DNA of 64,000 nt from Pristiophorus japonicus (Eukaryota), in assembly GCF_044704955.1 (NCBI RefSeq), contig NC_091985.1, positions 69,626,001 through 69,690,000 of the forward strand, given 5' to 3'. The stretch's first letter is position 1. Each line of letters starts with the position of its first letter. A program made the translations under genes and the position numbers. Positions 49,391-62,078 of this stretch are shown here, piece after piece. The notes below the pieces were generated by a model. It did no database searches and was not told the DNA's origin. It worked only from the letters and a program-made list of their open reading frames with translations.

Positions 49391-50466
49391 GGGCCCAAAT
49401 TTGCCCAGGAGTTGTTCTCTTTTTTTTTTTTTGGAGCAACTTGATTTTTCTGGAGTATCTTAAAAATCCCCACTCTGCACATTTAATTTGCGCCATTGTA
49501 AGTGAGTTAGCTAGGATTTTTTTTAGTTTAGTTTTATTTTCAAAAGGGGGTGGTACCAGCCACCTACACCTGTTTTGGCCATTTAAGCCAGTTTGGAAAG
49601 CTAATAGTTGCTCCAAACTAACTTAGGCCAGCGTATGTGGCCACTTATGGCCGCACAGAAAACCCTTGCGGAGAGTTAAGAAATCAGCCCAGGTAGCCAG
49701 AGCTAGGCGGAGGAAGGGAAGCACAGAGGACCTTGCAAAGCACTAAACACCTTCACAACAACATTCAAGAAGCATTAAAAACCATCAATAATAAATAAAA
49801 AATAAAACTTAAGTCCTACCTTCCTAACTCGGCCCGAGAAGTCAGCGGGCCGACTCCGACTCTTCTCCGACTCTCTGACTCTGACTCTCTCTCCAACTCT
49901 GACTCGCCCGAGGACTCTCCGACCCTCCGAGGACTCTCCAGCAACTCTTCGAGGACTGGACTTCTCCGAGGGACTTCACTGCACTTCTCCGAGGGACTTC
50001 ACTGCACTTCTCCGAGGGACTGGACTTCACTTCTCCGAGGGACTTCACTGCACTTCTCCAAGGGACTGGACTTCTCCGAGGGACTTCACTGCACTTCTCC
50101 GAGGGACTGGACTTCACTTCTCTGAGGGACTTCACTTCTCCGAGGGACTTCACTGCACTTCTCCGAGGGACTTCACCGAGGGATTTCTCTGAGGATTGGA
50201 CTTCTCCAAGGGACTTCTCCGAGGATTTCTCCAAGGGACCTCCGGCTGGGGGCAGGAGCTACTGCGCATGCGTTGAGCTGCCAGCACTGTTTTTCGTGCA
50301 GGGCCCTAGCTCCGCCCCCAATGGACAGACCACGCTGCGCCAAGCCATGGGAGAGGCCATAAAGCGGCCAGAATCCGGGGAGATCTTTTCGGCGCCGTTT
50401 TCACCCTGGGAAGTCGGTGCATCTCCGGTGAGCGTGCCGAAAAACGGGTGGGCCAAATTTGGGCCC
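49391..50466. mobile_element. Non-autonomous Harbinger-type element
   Basis: Perfect 13-bp TIR GGGCCCAAATTTG; CAT TSD at 49388-49390 and 50467-50469. Confidence 0.88.
49855..50240. repeat. Variant minisatellite
   Basis: Core CTTCTCCGAGGGA joined by CTTCA, CTGCA or CTGGA modules. Confidence 0.9.
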
Positions 50467-52524
50467 CATGAAACTACCGAATTGTCAAAACAACCCATCT
50501 AGTTCAATAATGTCCTTTAGGGGAAGGAAAGCTTCCATCCTTGCCTTGTCTGGGCTATATGTGACTCCAGACCCACAGCAATGTGGTTGACTCTTAACTG
50601 TCCTCTGAAATAGCCCAGCAAACCACTCAGTTATACAAGGTGGCTATTAGGGATGGCCAATAAATGCTGACCTTACGAGCAATGCCCACATCCCATGAAT
50701 GAGTAAAGAAATGTACACCTTCCTGAATCAGAGGAATATCTTGAAGCCAGTGCCTTATTTAAATCAAAAATATATGCTCAAAGCAAAAGTGGAAATTCAC
50801 ACTAAGAAATGAACACATTTTCAAGCTGAAATGGATGCAGCACAATAGGCTTGTTCAACACTAATGGGAACATTACTGAGAAGGCTAATGTCAATGGTAG
50901 GAAACAAAGAACTTTGGTCATTTGGGAATGAATGATTCTTTTGGGATAAAAAAGAAAATTGTATGAAATTCAGATGAAAAGACTCTTAAAGGAGCATTGT
51001 CTGCGTGACTTAAATTACATACAGAACGTAAAGAAAATAAAGCATGAGGTAATATATTGAAGTTATTTTGTAAATCTCATTGGATTCCAGAAAGTGGACT
51101 ATTTGGTTTCGCACTTGTCCTTTTTATCTTGCTTCCTTCTGTTTTCTCACTAAAGATCACCTTTTCCCATATAATCTACTTCAAAAAAGAGGGCTCATGG
51201 TTCCAAGGGACATGTTCCATTTGAAATTAATGTTGCTTTCAATTAACCAATGGAAGACATGCTTACTGATATGTGAGACAACTGCCTAAAGCTGCCTCAG
51301 TTTATCCAACCCCTGCTGTGGAATGGTCTCGACAACCGAGCAGTACAGCCGAGAACCTGAAGAAAACCTCACAACCATGACAGGTGATTTTGAATGGTAG
51401 ATAGCCCTGGGACTTGAACTGATGGCCATCTGCTTGTGAAGCCAGGACAGTTAATGCTAGGCTGCTGCCTGTTGCACTTTTAAAGGGATTTATACACAAG
51501 TGTCTTTAAATGTGTCTGGCACATCCTTTCTTTAAGAAGTATTCACTGTGTTAGCATTTCAGTGCTGGATTTATGTGCTCTGCCAATTTCTATTATGATC
51601 CTCCCAGATAGGAAAGATATCTCCTCAAATGATAAAAGAGTACAGCTTCCATTATAAAAACTTTTAGCGGGGAAGCAATTTCACCTGGAAATCCTTTGGG
51701 CACTGAAGGCTTTTCAAAGAAAGTTTAGTTGCATTGATACTGCTGTAATTGTTAAAGGGGCTATGACTTGGTATATACGATAATGACATTGGACCTAACT
51801 TCTCAAAGCAAACTGATTTTCAAAAGCCACTGGGGAAAAGGTCGTGCTGTAGGAGATAAGAGCCCCTGCTGTGGAGCAATCTGGCCCCAGAGGGGATAGG
51901 AGTACTGTTTGCAGCAGGCTGTTCTGGGAGCCAAGCCTGCCCACTAAAATATCCAACAGGACTGAAAACTCGATTTAAAACACACACAGTGCAGCAGCTG
52001 TGGTGAAGAGGTCTAAGTTCCTTGCACAGCTGGAGTTCTTCAGGTAGATTTGTTTCAATTTGAAATATCCACTCCTATATAAACAAAGTAGCTACTGTTA
52101 ATTTATATTTTGAAACAATTAAGGACAGAAGAAAATAAAATATATACGGTGATATTTCTTCAAATACAAAAACTTCGCAATAAAGCTCTACAAGAATCGG
52201 TATGGTTTTGCCAAGTATATCACATACCAAAAAAAATGTCTAAATAGAGTATGAAGATATTTTACTGTAACTGATATTCTCTACTTGACATTTGTGTAGA
52301 ATCTGGTTCAGGGTAGATGATTTTTTTTAAATTTAACTATGCAGTGTAGTTAAATAATTCAAACAAATCTGTGTATCACCTGAGGCAGGATTAATTTTGT
52401 TTGAATGAACATAATCTTGAATTGTGAAATCTTTCACTGATTAGTGTGAGGATGAGAGCACAAAGTTCTGCTTATTTTGAGATTGTCCTTGAATATTATT
52501 GTCCCGGATTTTGCAGCAAGAATA

Positions 52525-52946
52525 TCATCATTGAAATGGAGGAAGACTTGCTTCCACTCTAAAAGTGAGTTCTCAGGTGACTGAACAGTCCAATACGGGA
52601 ATTACAGTCTCTGTCACACGTGGGACAGACAGTCATTGAAGGAAAGGGTGGGTTGGACTGAGTTGCCCCCCGCTCCTTCCGCTGCCTGCGCTTGTTTTTT
52701 GCATGCTCTCGGCGACGAGACTCGAGGTGCTCAGCACTCTCCCAGATGCTCTTCCTCCACTTAGGGCGGTCTTCGGCCAGGGACTCCCAGGTGTCGGTGG
52801 GGATGTTGCATTTTATCAAGGAGGCTTTGAGGGTGTCCTTGAAATGTTTCCTCTGTCCACCTTGGGCTCGCTTGCCGTGTAGAAGTTCCAAGTAGAGCGC
52901 TTGCTTTGGGAGTCTTGTGTCAGGCGTGCGAACAATGTGGCCCGCA
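52525..52946 (-). mobile_element. RTE-clade LINE 3' fragment
   Basis: AGHIVRTPDTRLPKQALY...GGQRKHFKDTLKASL...CPTCDRDC...SHLRTH (C-terminal C2H2). Confidence 0.9.
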
Positions 52947-52969
52947 GTGTGGCTATCAACGCTCACCAT

Positions 52970-53397
52970 TATAGAAACATAGAAAATAGGTGCAGGAGTA
53001 GACCATTCGGGCCTTCGAGCCTGCACTACCATTCAATAAGATCATGGCTGATCATTCCCTCAGTATCCCTTTCCTGCTTTCTCTCCATACCCCTTGATCC
53101 CTTTAGCCGTAAGGGCTATATCTAACTCCCTCTTGAATATATCCAATGAACTGGCATCAACAACTCTCTGCGGTAGGGAATTCCACAGGTTAACAACTCT
53201 GAGTGAAGAAGTTTCTCCTCATCTCGGTCCTAAATGGCCTACCCCTTATCCTAAGACTGTGTCCCCTGGTTCTGGACTTCCCCAACATCGGGAACATTCT
53301 TCCTGCATCTAACCTGTCCAGTCCCGTCAGAATCTTATATATTTCTATGAGATCCCCTCTCATCCTTCTAAACACCAGTGTATAAAGGCACAGTTGA
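52970..53397 (-). mobile_element. CR1 3' fragment
   Basis: ORF 53190..53438 (RRMRGDLIEIYKIL); TAGAAACA tail. Confidence 0.92.
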
Positions 53398-53885
53398 TCC
53401 AGGAGTAAATCGGACAGCAACTTCCAGAATACACACATGAACAGTTAAACGCGAAAATCAGAAAGTTGCTGTCCAATTTGCCCTTCTCCTGTTCCCGTAC
53501 CTTGCCGAGAGGTTCGGCATTCACCTACATGAAGGGCGTAACGTTGCAGGATTTACTCACTATATACCCACTAAATATGCCAGAAAAGGTTAGAGCTTGT
53601 CCATTCAACTGCAAGTGAATTTTTAACGGCATGATAAGTTTTAATTACTACTAAACAACTTCTTTGGCACTGAAAACTTATTTTTACAAGTGTGGAATCT
53701 CATTCTTTCAAATTTTAATTATTGTTGGAGATTTCAAAAAGAGTTAAAATTCTAATTAAATGTTTTTCTTTACTTTTTCTTTCTGCCTGTCTCTCTTAAT
53801 CTCATCTTTCTTTCCCTCTCTTTTCTGTACATGATTTTACATTGAATTAAATATTCTAACTTACACTTCCTGGTTTAGAGTCTGC

Positions 53886-54901
53886 GGGCTGAATTTTAAT
53901 GGGGAAGGCAGATTGGGGGCGGATAGGTGGGGAGGTGCTCCGAGGTGGTCGGGAAGCCCAGAGAATGGGTCTCTCACAGGCCTGAATTGTATGGTAAGCC
54001 TCTGTTTCCCACCTGCAGCCAGCCAGATTGAGAGGCTGGCTGGCTCCGGGCGAGTAGGCCTGCGGCACTAGATCGTCTAGGGGCCAGGAGGGGGTGGGGG
54101 GGGGGTGCATCAGCAATCAGGAGGTGCACAGAGGCAGGGCTGCAACAATCACAGGCCGGAGGAGCAGAGTGGGTATATCAGCGATCGCGGGCCTGGGGAA
54201 CTGGGGAGGGGGCGGGGGTTTGTATCACCGATTGTGGGCCAGGAGGAGCAAAGGGCGGGGTGTCAGAAGAAGATCAAGGGCCACAGGGCAGCTGGAGGAG
54301 CACAAGAGGGGGTGGGGAAGGGTGGTCTGAAAAAGATCACGGGCCGCAGGGTGGCCTGAAGAGCAGGAAGGCGGGGGGGCTGGGAGCAGCACAGGGTGGA
54401 GGGCGGGGGGAGGGGTTCTAAAGGGATCCTGGAATGGGAGGGCCAGAAGAGCATGAAGGAGGAGGGCTTGTGGGGGAGGGGGAAGAGGCCTCATGGGAGG
54501 GAGCTGGAGGCCCCGGTGGGGGTCTCTGATCATGGGGTTTGGGTTAGGCTGGGGTTCCTAGATTCAGGAGGTAAGTGTAAAGGCACTTACCTCCTGGATC
54601 CACCAGTCCTCGCTTTGCATTAGCTGATGCGTTTCATGGGGCATGCAAAACCCGACCAGCTAAAGTTAAATACAAAATATAGTTTGAAGCAGAGGCTTCC
54701 AGCCTCATTATAATATTTAAATAGACGATCAGCCTCCTGAGCGGCAGATTGGTTTTCCGCCCTCCCCCATCCCGCCTGCATTAAAACAGTAAATGGGCAG
54801 ATAGGAGGCGGGTTAGGTCGGGTTTCAGGGTTTTACTCACATTTACACAACAGCCTCCAACCCCCAAACCACCCATTTTTTTTTAAGTTAAAATTCCCCC
54901 C
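53886..54901. mobile_element. Harbinger-type MITE with a G-rich interior
   Basis: TIRs GGGCTGAATTTTAA and GGGGGGAATTTTAA; TGC TSD at 53883-53885 and 54902-54904. Confidence 0.75.
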
Positions 54902-57343
54902 TGCGTGTCTCAGTAAGGATTTTTCAAGAGAATTGGTTGAAGAGACCCACTGTTGCTTGCCCTGTAAAGGGCATTATGTTGTTTTGGACTTCCGATGATG
55001 GTAAATTGCCACGCAAAAGCCCACGAGAAGTCTCTGGGCAGCTGTAAGCATTTGCTGCTGACCACAAAATTCAACCAATTGTTTCTTTTCCTGTTAATTG
55101 CTGACAATTATTTTAGAATTTTGGTAAGGTTCCCGTCAACTTGGATTTTTCTCAATATCTATTCCATTCACAGAATCACACGCACCTGTGAATTTGTATT
55201 GTTTAAGTACAAATAAATAATAAGGGAGCATTGTTGAATTATTTACTCCGAGCTCCCAGCGCTGGAGTTTTCAGCTGGCTTGGACTGTAAATCAGGAGAC
55301 TTACGTTAAGTTGATGTAAAAACGTTTGATGTGCACCTCTTGTCCTTTCTGTGTATGCACCAAGGTAGTAATTTAATACTGTCAGTCTGTCCACTCTCGC
55401 AACTGAGCATGGACAGCCCTCAGCATAAACCCTGGGAGATTGTACTCAGCTCGGGTTATCCTGATTTGAACTGAATGTGATCTCTGTGGGGCTGTACTAT
55501 AAATGGGGTAATAAACTTCCTGTGATAAACTGAGCTCAGTCACTGCACCACATCAAGGTATGTATGCTTGGCAGTGGCCCTAACTACCCGTCTGTCTCTA
55601 ACATGAGTGAGACAGTCTGCAACTGGGGAACTAAAAAAATAAATGTGGATGCTTTTGAAGAGAGTTTTGTTTAATCTTTTTCTTTTATTGATATGCCTGT
55701 CCGATGCAGATAGCAGACACTGAACTAAAAGTGCCATCATAATCTTTCTTGAGGTTAGAATTGCAGCTGCCTCTTGGTGTGACTTTCTATGCAGAACTGT
55801 TTATTTAAGATTAAAAATTACATTTACACAACAGCCTCCAACTTCACATAAGTATCCACGTACAGAACTTTATTGGAAACAGTTAAATATCAGCATAAAA
55901 ATGGCTATAATAATCCTGTTTTTTGGCATAAAATTGTAATAATTATGTATATGGAGAGAGGGATACAGAAAGGTGGATATAAACATTAAACAGTATTTTG
56001 TGGCAACTTATCATTTACATTTTTTTTGCTTTCATGTAGATCCGACAAATGCTGAGAAAGGTGTGTGAAAATAACACTAAAAACCACAGTTAACTGCTGG
56101 AAACGTATTGACACAGTATGTCAATAAGCTGGTACTGAATCCTCCATATTGACAGAAGCAAATTTTGATTGACAGCTCTACAAATGGAAGCCTGGACAGT
56201 ATGAGAACCTGAAAACTAACGATCTCGCAAACCGTATCCAGCTTCCCAGGTAACTGACATCATGACTTCCCCACAAACCAGAGTGAGTGTTCTTCCCCCT
56301 TTCTACCTTCTTTCCATCTGTTCACGCAGTTCCAGCAGCCTCCCTGCTCTATCCCCGAAGGGGCCTGCCTAAGCAGAAGGGTATTAGAGCCTCTGATGAG
56401 GAGGGCCTCAGGCTCTTCCATCACTCCTGGCCACAAGGAAGGCACCAGCTGTCTGGCCTCATTTGCATTTTTTCTCAGAAATAATGAAATTAGCCATGAG
56501 TTTCCTGAGGTGATGCAAGACGCAAATTTAGGCTAGATGTGTCAGTGTGTGATGGGGAGGGAGCTAGGAAGGTCATCAAAGCACTCAGAGAATGCTTGTA
56601 GCATGAAAATTGTGAAATAAAATCTCGCATGTACTATGAAGGCAGGAGTTATTTCAATGTCCTCTAACTGCCATGGAGTTCATGAGGGTCCAGTATTGCT
56701 TTAGTCCATGGGAATTTTCTTTGTCAAAACTTTGCATTTATTACTTTCAAGTGGAAATAATTCTCAATTCTTAAATAGAGCTGTTCTAATTGTTGAACTG
56801 AACTAGCTCTTGAACTAAATTAACTATCAGTTCTTGAATTAGTCTAAAAGTGCAGTGCTTTACACAGTGGGGCCGATAATGCGATTCAAACGCAGAACTG
56901 ACGGAATCGCTGCTCATCAAATGCTGCCCTTTGCCTGTGCCCAAATGAGCTGCCCTTGCACCATAATGCGAGATCAGCTCATTTAAACACTTTTCAGATG
57001 TTCCCAGCGAATGATGTCCTGGGAGTACCATGGGAGTGAGGGGCCAGAATGTCGGGCCTCAGCAACCACAGAAGGCTTGCCTACCCGACTACTGCTGCTA
57101 TTTTTCTTTTCTGCCGGCAACTACTGGGGACTTAAGGGCATATTCACACTATAACTGTAACGTTGGCGTAAAATGGTTACGCTTCACGTCGATGCTGCAG
57201 TTATAGCATAAATGCAGTCTGAATGTGGATTCAGGGCCCAACCTGACACCAGAGTGAAGAAGAGGGAAACTCCCTGTGGGCCGTAGTCTCACCCTGCTTC
57301 ACTTGGGAGTCAATCCCGGTCTTGATTCACACTTCAAGTTTCA

Positions 57344-57670
57344 TCATAGGCAGTCCCTCGAAATCGAGGAAGACTTGCTTCTACTCTAAAGGTGAGTTCG
57401 TAGGTGACTGAATAGTCCAATATGGGACTTGCAGTCTCTGTCACAGGTGGGACAGACAGTCGTTGAAGGAAAGGGTGGGTGGTAAGTCCGGTTTGTTGCA
57501 TGCTCCTTCCGCTGCCTGCGTTTATTTTCTGCATGCTCTCTGCGACGAAACTCGAGGTGCTCAGCACCCTCCCGGATGCTCTTCCTCCACTTAGGGTGGT
57601 CTCTGGCCAGGGACTCCCAGGTGTCGGTGGGGATGTTGCATTTTATCAAGGAGGCCCTGAGGGTGTCTCC
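57344..57670 (-). mobile_element. RTE LINE 3' fragment with a 37-bp flanking duplication
   Basis: ORF 57386..57649 (TWESLARDHPKWR...SHLRTH); (ATG)n-type tail; direct repeats at 57307-57343 and 57671-57707. Confidence 0.92.
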
Positions 57671-59861
57671 GAGTCAATCCCTGCCTTGATTCACACTTCA
57701 AGTTTCAAGTTTAGCGCCATTCTGAAGCTATGGAGTGCAAATGCACTATTAGTCCCATGGCAGGCTTTAGCAAGTGCAGGCTAGACAAAACACAGGGGCA
57801 ATAAATAAGAGTGGCCCTATATCAAGGAGAGGACCACTCTGCATCAAAATGTTCGGTCACCTCTCCTCGTTCCTTTGACCCCATTTCTTGGCGCCTGGTT
57901 ATTTTCCAATTTTATGAAGTGCATTTTATTACATTAAAGGCACTATATAGGTGTAAGCTGTCATTGTTACTGAAAGCTGTGCTCAAATAAATGTGTGTTC
58001 AAATATAACCACAAAATGCTGGAATTCCACACCAAATAAATCAGCATCTTAAAGCACAGACTGGAAATGATGCTGTGCGATATTATTCTATGAACTCACA
58101 ATGAGTTTGTATAAAATTCCTCTGTCTGCTATCTTAACAGAAGTGCTTTGTTACAGTAAAAGAAAGACAGAGCAATATGATACAAATGTGTTAACATACG
58201 TATGATATCACAATTTCCAGGCCAATATTGCTTCAAAAAGTATATTGAGCCCTTGTGAATGCTGAGAAGGTTTGCTTTTTAAACGATATTTATATTCTAT
58301 TACAGCAATTTGTTTTTGTGTCTTTAATCAGCTGGAGTAAAGTTGAATGATTCAGAATTTATCATTCAATTACTGGAAACTAACTTTGAAATAATGCAAT
58401 ATCCAATCAGTCTATTTTATTATATTAAATGAATATTTAAAAATCAATAATTAGAGAAATATATCTTCAAATAATTATTTATAATTTGATTTTGACAATT
58501 TGGATTAATATGAAGTCCTGATAGATTTATTAATGGTAATAACAGGAACAATCTGCTGTAAAACCATGTACTTATAATGATTTATTTATAATTTCATACA
58601 TGGGAATATTACAGCAGCAAAAATGGTATAAAGATTTATACCTATTTACATCTGGAAGAGTGGAAGCTCTGTGTACTATGTAAAGAAGAAAGTGGGAGGT
58701 GGCTGTAAATGTTATGCCCAAAATTCCAGTTTGGACACTAAATAGATTGTGTCACCAAGGACTATGATAATAAGCCAGCTCGGCTGCAGTGTTTTGACTG
58801 TAACGGTATACAGATCACAAAGAGTAAGTACCATATTCGAATCTAAGGCTTCATCAAGATCCAAAATAGCGAGCCAAATCTAAAGAAAAGTAAGATCTAT
58901 ATCCAGATAGAGTGATTACTCAAAACATAAATCTCTCCTCCATATTAACAGTATAGGCCTGGAAATAACTACCGGTGATAGTGGACAATTCTTAACCATT
59001 CATATAACTATCGACTGTCAGCTGTTTAAATTGAGACATTAATCTGCTTATTGTAAATGGGTCAATTCCTCTTCTGAAATAACAGATTTCAGGATAGTAA
59101 TTTACAACCCATAGTTCTATGTAAATACAATTACAATGTCAGTCAATGTTCTAGAGACTCCTGACCCAAAATTCTGGGATGTCTGCCAACGAGGGCCATA
59201 GCTGCAGCCCCGCAAATGTCGCCATTTACACCTGAATCTCCTGACTTGTGTTAAGCTGGTACAAAAGAGGGGTAAATTTAATGAGGTTTTTGTTAATAAA
59301 TGTATGTGCTTTGGGAATAATAACTATTTTTACACATTACATAAATTTGTAGTTAAACATTGTGGAAAAAAGTCTATTATTGTCTTTTATGTCACCAGAA
59401 AGCACAGTATTTAGAGGACTTCAACAGAACAGAAATAGATAAAAAAAAGGTGACACAAAAAATAATCCTTCCGATACCAACTTTTACAGGGAAGTATTAG
59501 CTGCAGAATCCAATGGCAGGTGGCAAGTAAACGTAAAGTTAAAGATGGCAGTTCGTTTTGATGTGCCCCAAATACGTTATTGCAAGGTTAAAGTGGTAGG
59601 AGATCTCCAGAGAGATAAGCAGACACCAGAGACAAACTGCTTACACCAGCCATTTTGCCACCAACCATATCTGCAGGTCCTGGCACACCATACCTAGCAA
59701 TGACTGAAGAACTGGCTCTATGTCAACATAAAGGCGATTGCAGATCTGTGTCATCTACTGCAAGGAGACCTAATCCAATCTGCACCACAGGGATTGCACT
59801 GCCAGTGACATCAAGGTCAGCTCCTTCCGCTAATATTTTTCTGTCACTCCTTGCAACCTCT

Positions 59862-60265
59862 CATCATAGGCGGTCCCTTGAACGAGGATGATTTGCTTCC
59901 ACATGAGTTCACATCTGTTTCGATGAAAGACCCGATGTTCCAGTCCTGAACTCCAATTGAGAGGGTGGAAGATGCCGGTGCGTGGATATTTTTAACGTGT
60001 GGTGACCATTGCACATCAGCCACCACACGGGCTTGACAGAGTTAGGCAAGGGTAAACCAGGACAACTGGAGATCTGCTCTGCTGCGCGGACCCAGTGGTC
60101 ACACATATCGCAGTGTGAGCAGGCCTGTGCTGCTCCTGGGCCCTCGGTTCTTCTGGGCCGCAGCTCCGCCACGATCTCTCACCGCTCCTCCGCCACAAAC
60201 ATTAGCCGCACTTCCGCCACGATCCCTCACCGCTTCTCCGCTACAAAAACACTTGCCACACCTCT
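59862..60265 (-). mobile_element. RTE-tailed short element (SINE-like)
   Basis: 3' end GTGGAAGCAAATCATCCTCGTTCAAGGGACCGCCTATGATGA matches the RTE tail at 57341-57385, but the body differs; CTCCGCCAC repeats at 60163-60265. Confidence 0.6.
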
Positions 60266-60415
60266 AGAGGCAGCGTATCCTCATACCTACATCATTCATC
60301 AGCACCTCCACTTCACCAGCCCCTCAAAAGGGAGGGGAAGGCTCCATCAATTGCCCATGGACTCTGTTTCTGCCACCACATTTATTTGGTTTACCAGCCA
60401 CTTTCTGTGCCCCAA

Positions 60416-60670
60416 ACATAGAATTATAGAATCATAGAATGGTTACAGCATAGGAGGCCATTCAGCCATCGAGCCCGTGCCAGCTCTCTGCACGAGCACT
60501 TCAGCTAGTCCCACTCCTTTGCCCTTTCCCTCGCAAATATTTTTCCTTCAGGTACTTATCCAATTCCCTTTTGAAAGCCACGATTGGAATCTGCCTCCAC
60601 CACATTCCAGGCCCTAACCACTCCCTGCATCAAAAGGTTTTTTCTCATGTCACCTTTGGTTCTTCTGCTA
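60416..60670 (-). mobile_element. Old CR1 3' end
   Basis: (TAGAATCA)-type tail and GGAGGCCATTCAGCC; related to 36284-36601. Confidence 0.8.
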
Positions 60671-61825
60671 ATCTTTGAAACTCCCATCATGTCTTTGAAA
60701 ACACTGAAATATGCTGAGGAAATATTTGCAGCTCTTTTTAACGGCTACAGTTTTGTTTTCCAACTCTATATGCAGCCACTTAAGTGACCAACTTCCTTTC
60801 ATTTAATGCACAATTTCCCACCTTGCCCTTCTGGGGAGCTCCCAGCACTGGGGCCAATATGGGTGAGCAGCTCGTCATGCATTAATAATGAGGGCCGATT
60901 CTAAGCAATTCCAGGACATCAGTCCTGCTGAAAATTGGCGCACACTGCACCTGCTGCGCAGATGCTTTGCTGGTCTATGCCGCCCTAGAGAGAATCAATC
61001 CTTTAAACTTTAACACATGCAACACTCCCCACGATCTCATTTGTCGACTGTAGAACTCGGCTCCAACGGATGTATGGGCTGTCCATGTCCACAACTGGTA
61101 CGGTGGGGTGGGGGAGGGAAAGGTTGATGGGAGGGGTTGGAAAATCCTGGCAGTAGACCGTTGTGCCTACTGTGCACTGTGATCAGCTGCCTGTTTTTTC
61201 CAGTCAGGCTGCACACAGCTTGATGCAGACTTTTGTTGAAGAACGTAAAAGCCTCATTAAGCTCTTAAAAAATATGATAATATCCCTGGCCTACAATTTC
61301 CTGAGGTTGCGCTCTAGGTTTCCCAAAAATTTGTCACAGTGGAAGACATTTCTGGGCCTTTGAGTATTTGTTCCTTAAAATTGTTATGGTAATTCTGGAT
61401 GATTTTTAATGTTTTTTTTTAAGTGCAATTTAAAAAAAAGGTTTTGTAGGATTTACTTGTTTTTCTTTTGTTTTTGTTGTTTTTTCTTTTTTAAAGTTTT
61501 GTTGCTTTTTCACACTGCAACATTTTAGTTAGCTTATAACACATTTGAACATCAAAAGGGTTATGATAGGGATTTCTTTTGCTCTCGTGGAGCTTTAGGA
61601 TAAGCAGGAGTTGGGGAGCAATGATCCGGGGGAGGGAGGCCTGTCTGTACTCGACGTTGGTCGCACAGACCTTCCATTACCCAAGCATGCTGGTCCACAG
61701 GCCCTGTCGAAGTTGTTCAGTCCTGTCAGAGCAGATGTGTTTATGGCACCCCAACCTACACCTATACTTTTTATGGGTTAAGATTGTACCCTTGAAGTGC
61801 CATTTTAAGATGCTGGAAGTTGAAG

Positions 61826-62078
61826 TCAAGGAAGACTTGCTTCCATTCCAAAAGTGAGTTCTCAGGTGACTGAACATTCCAATACGGGAACCATAATCTC
61901 TGTCACAGGCGGGACAGACAGTGGTTGAAGGAAAGGGTGGATGGGGAGTCTGGTTTGCCGCAGACTCCTTCCGCTGTCTGCACTTGTTTTCTGCATGCTC
62001 TCGGCGACGAGACTGGAAGTGCCCAGCGCCCTCCCGGATGTTCTTCCTCCACTTCGGGTGGTCTTTGGCCAGGGACTC
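61826..62078 (-). mobile_element. RTE LINE 3' fragment
   Basis: ESLAKDHPKWRK...CPACDRD...SHLRTHF. Confidence 0.88.

Larger units (their letters stand above)
49234..50711 (+). mobile_element. tRNA-derived SINE split by a MITE
   Basis: A-box TAGCATTGTGG (49242), B-box GTTCAAATCC (49307); LINE-like tail AATAAATGCTGACC...CCCACATCCCATGAATGA; rejoins as GACCATGAAACT. Confidence 0.82.
52501..55077. mobile_element. Probable old non-autonomous DNA transposon hosting RTE, CR1 and MITE inserts
   Basis: ATT at 52498-52500 and 55078-55080; degenerate TIRs (GGATTTTGC / GAATTTTGT); internal inverted repeat at 53407-53479. Confidence 0.35.

Noticed and set aside
49842-50234. 130-aa repetitive ORF (KSLGEV repeats)
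   Set aside because: Translation of a minisatellite inside a MITE; no splice or homology support
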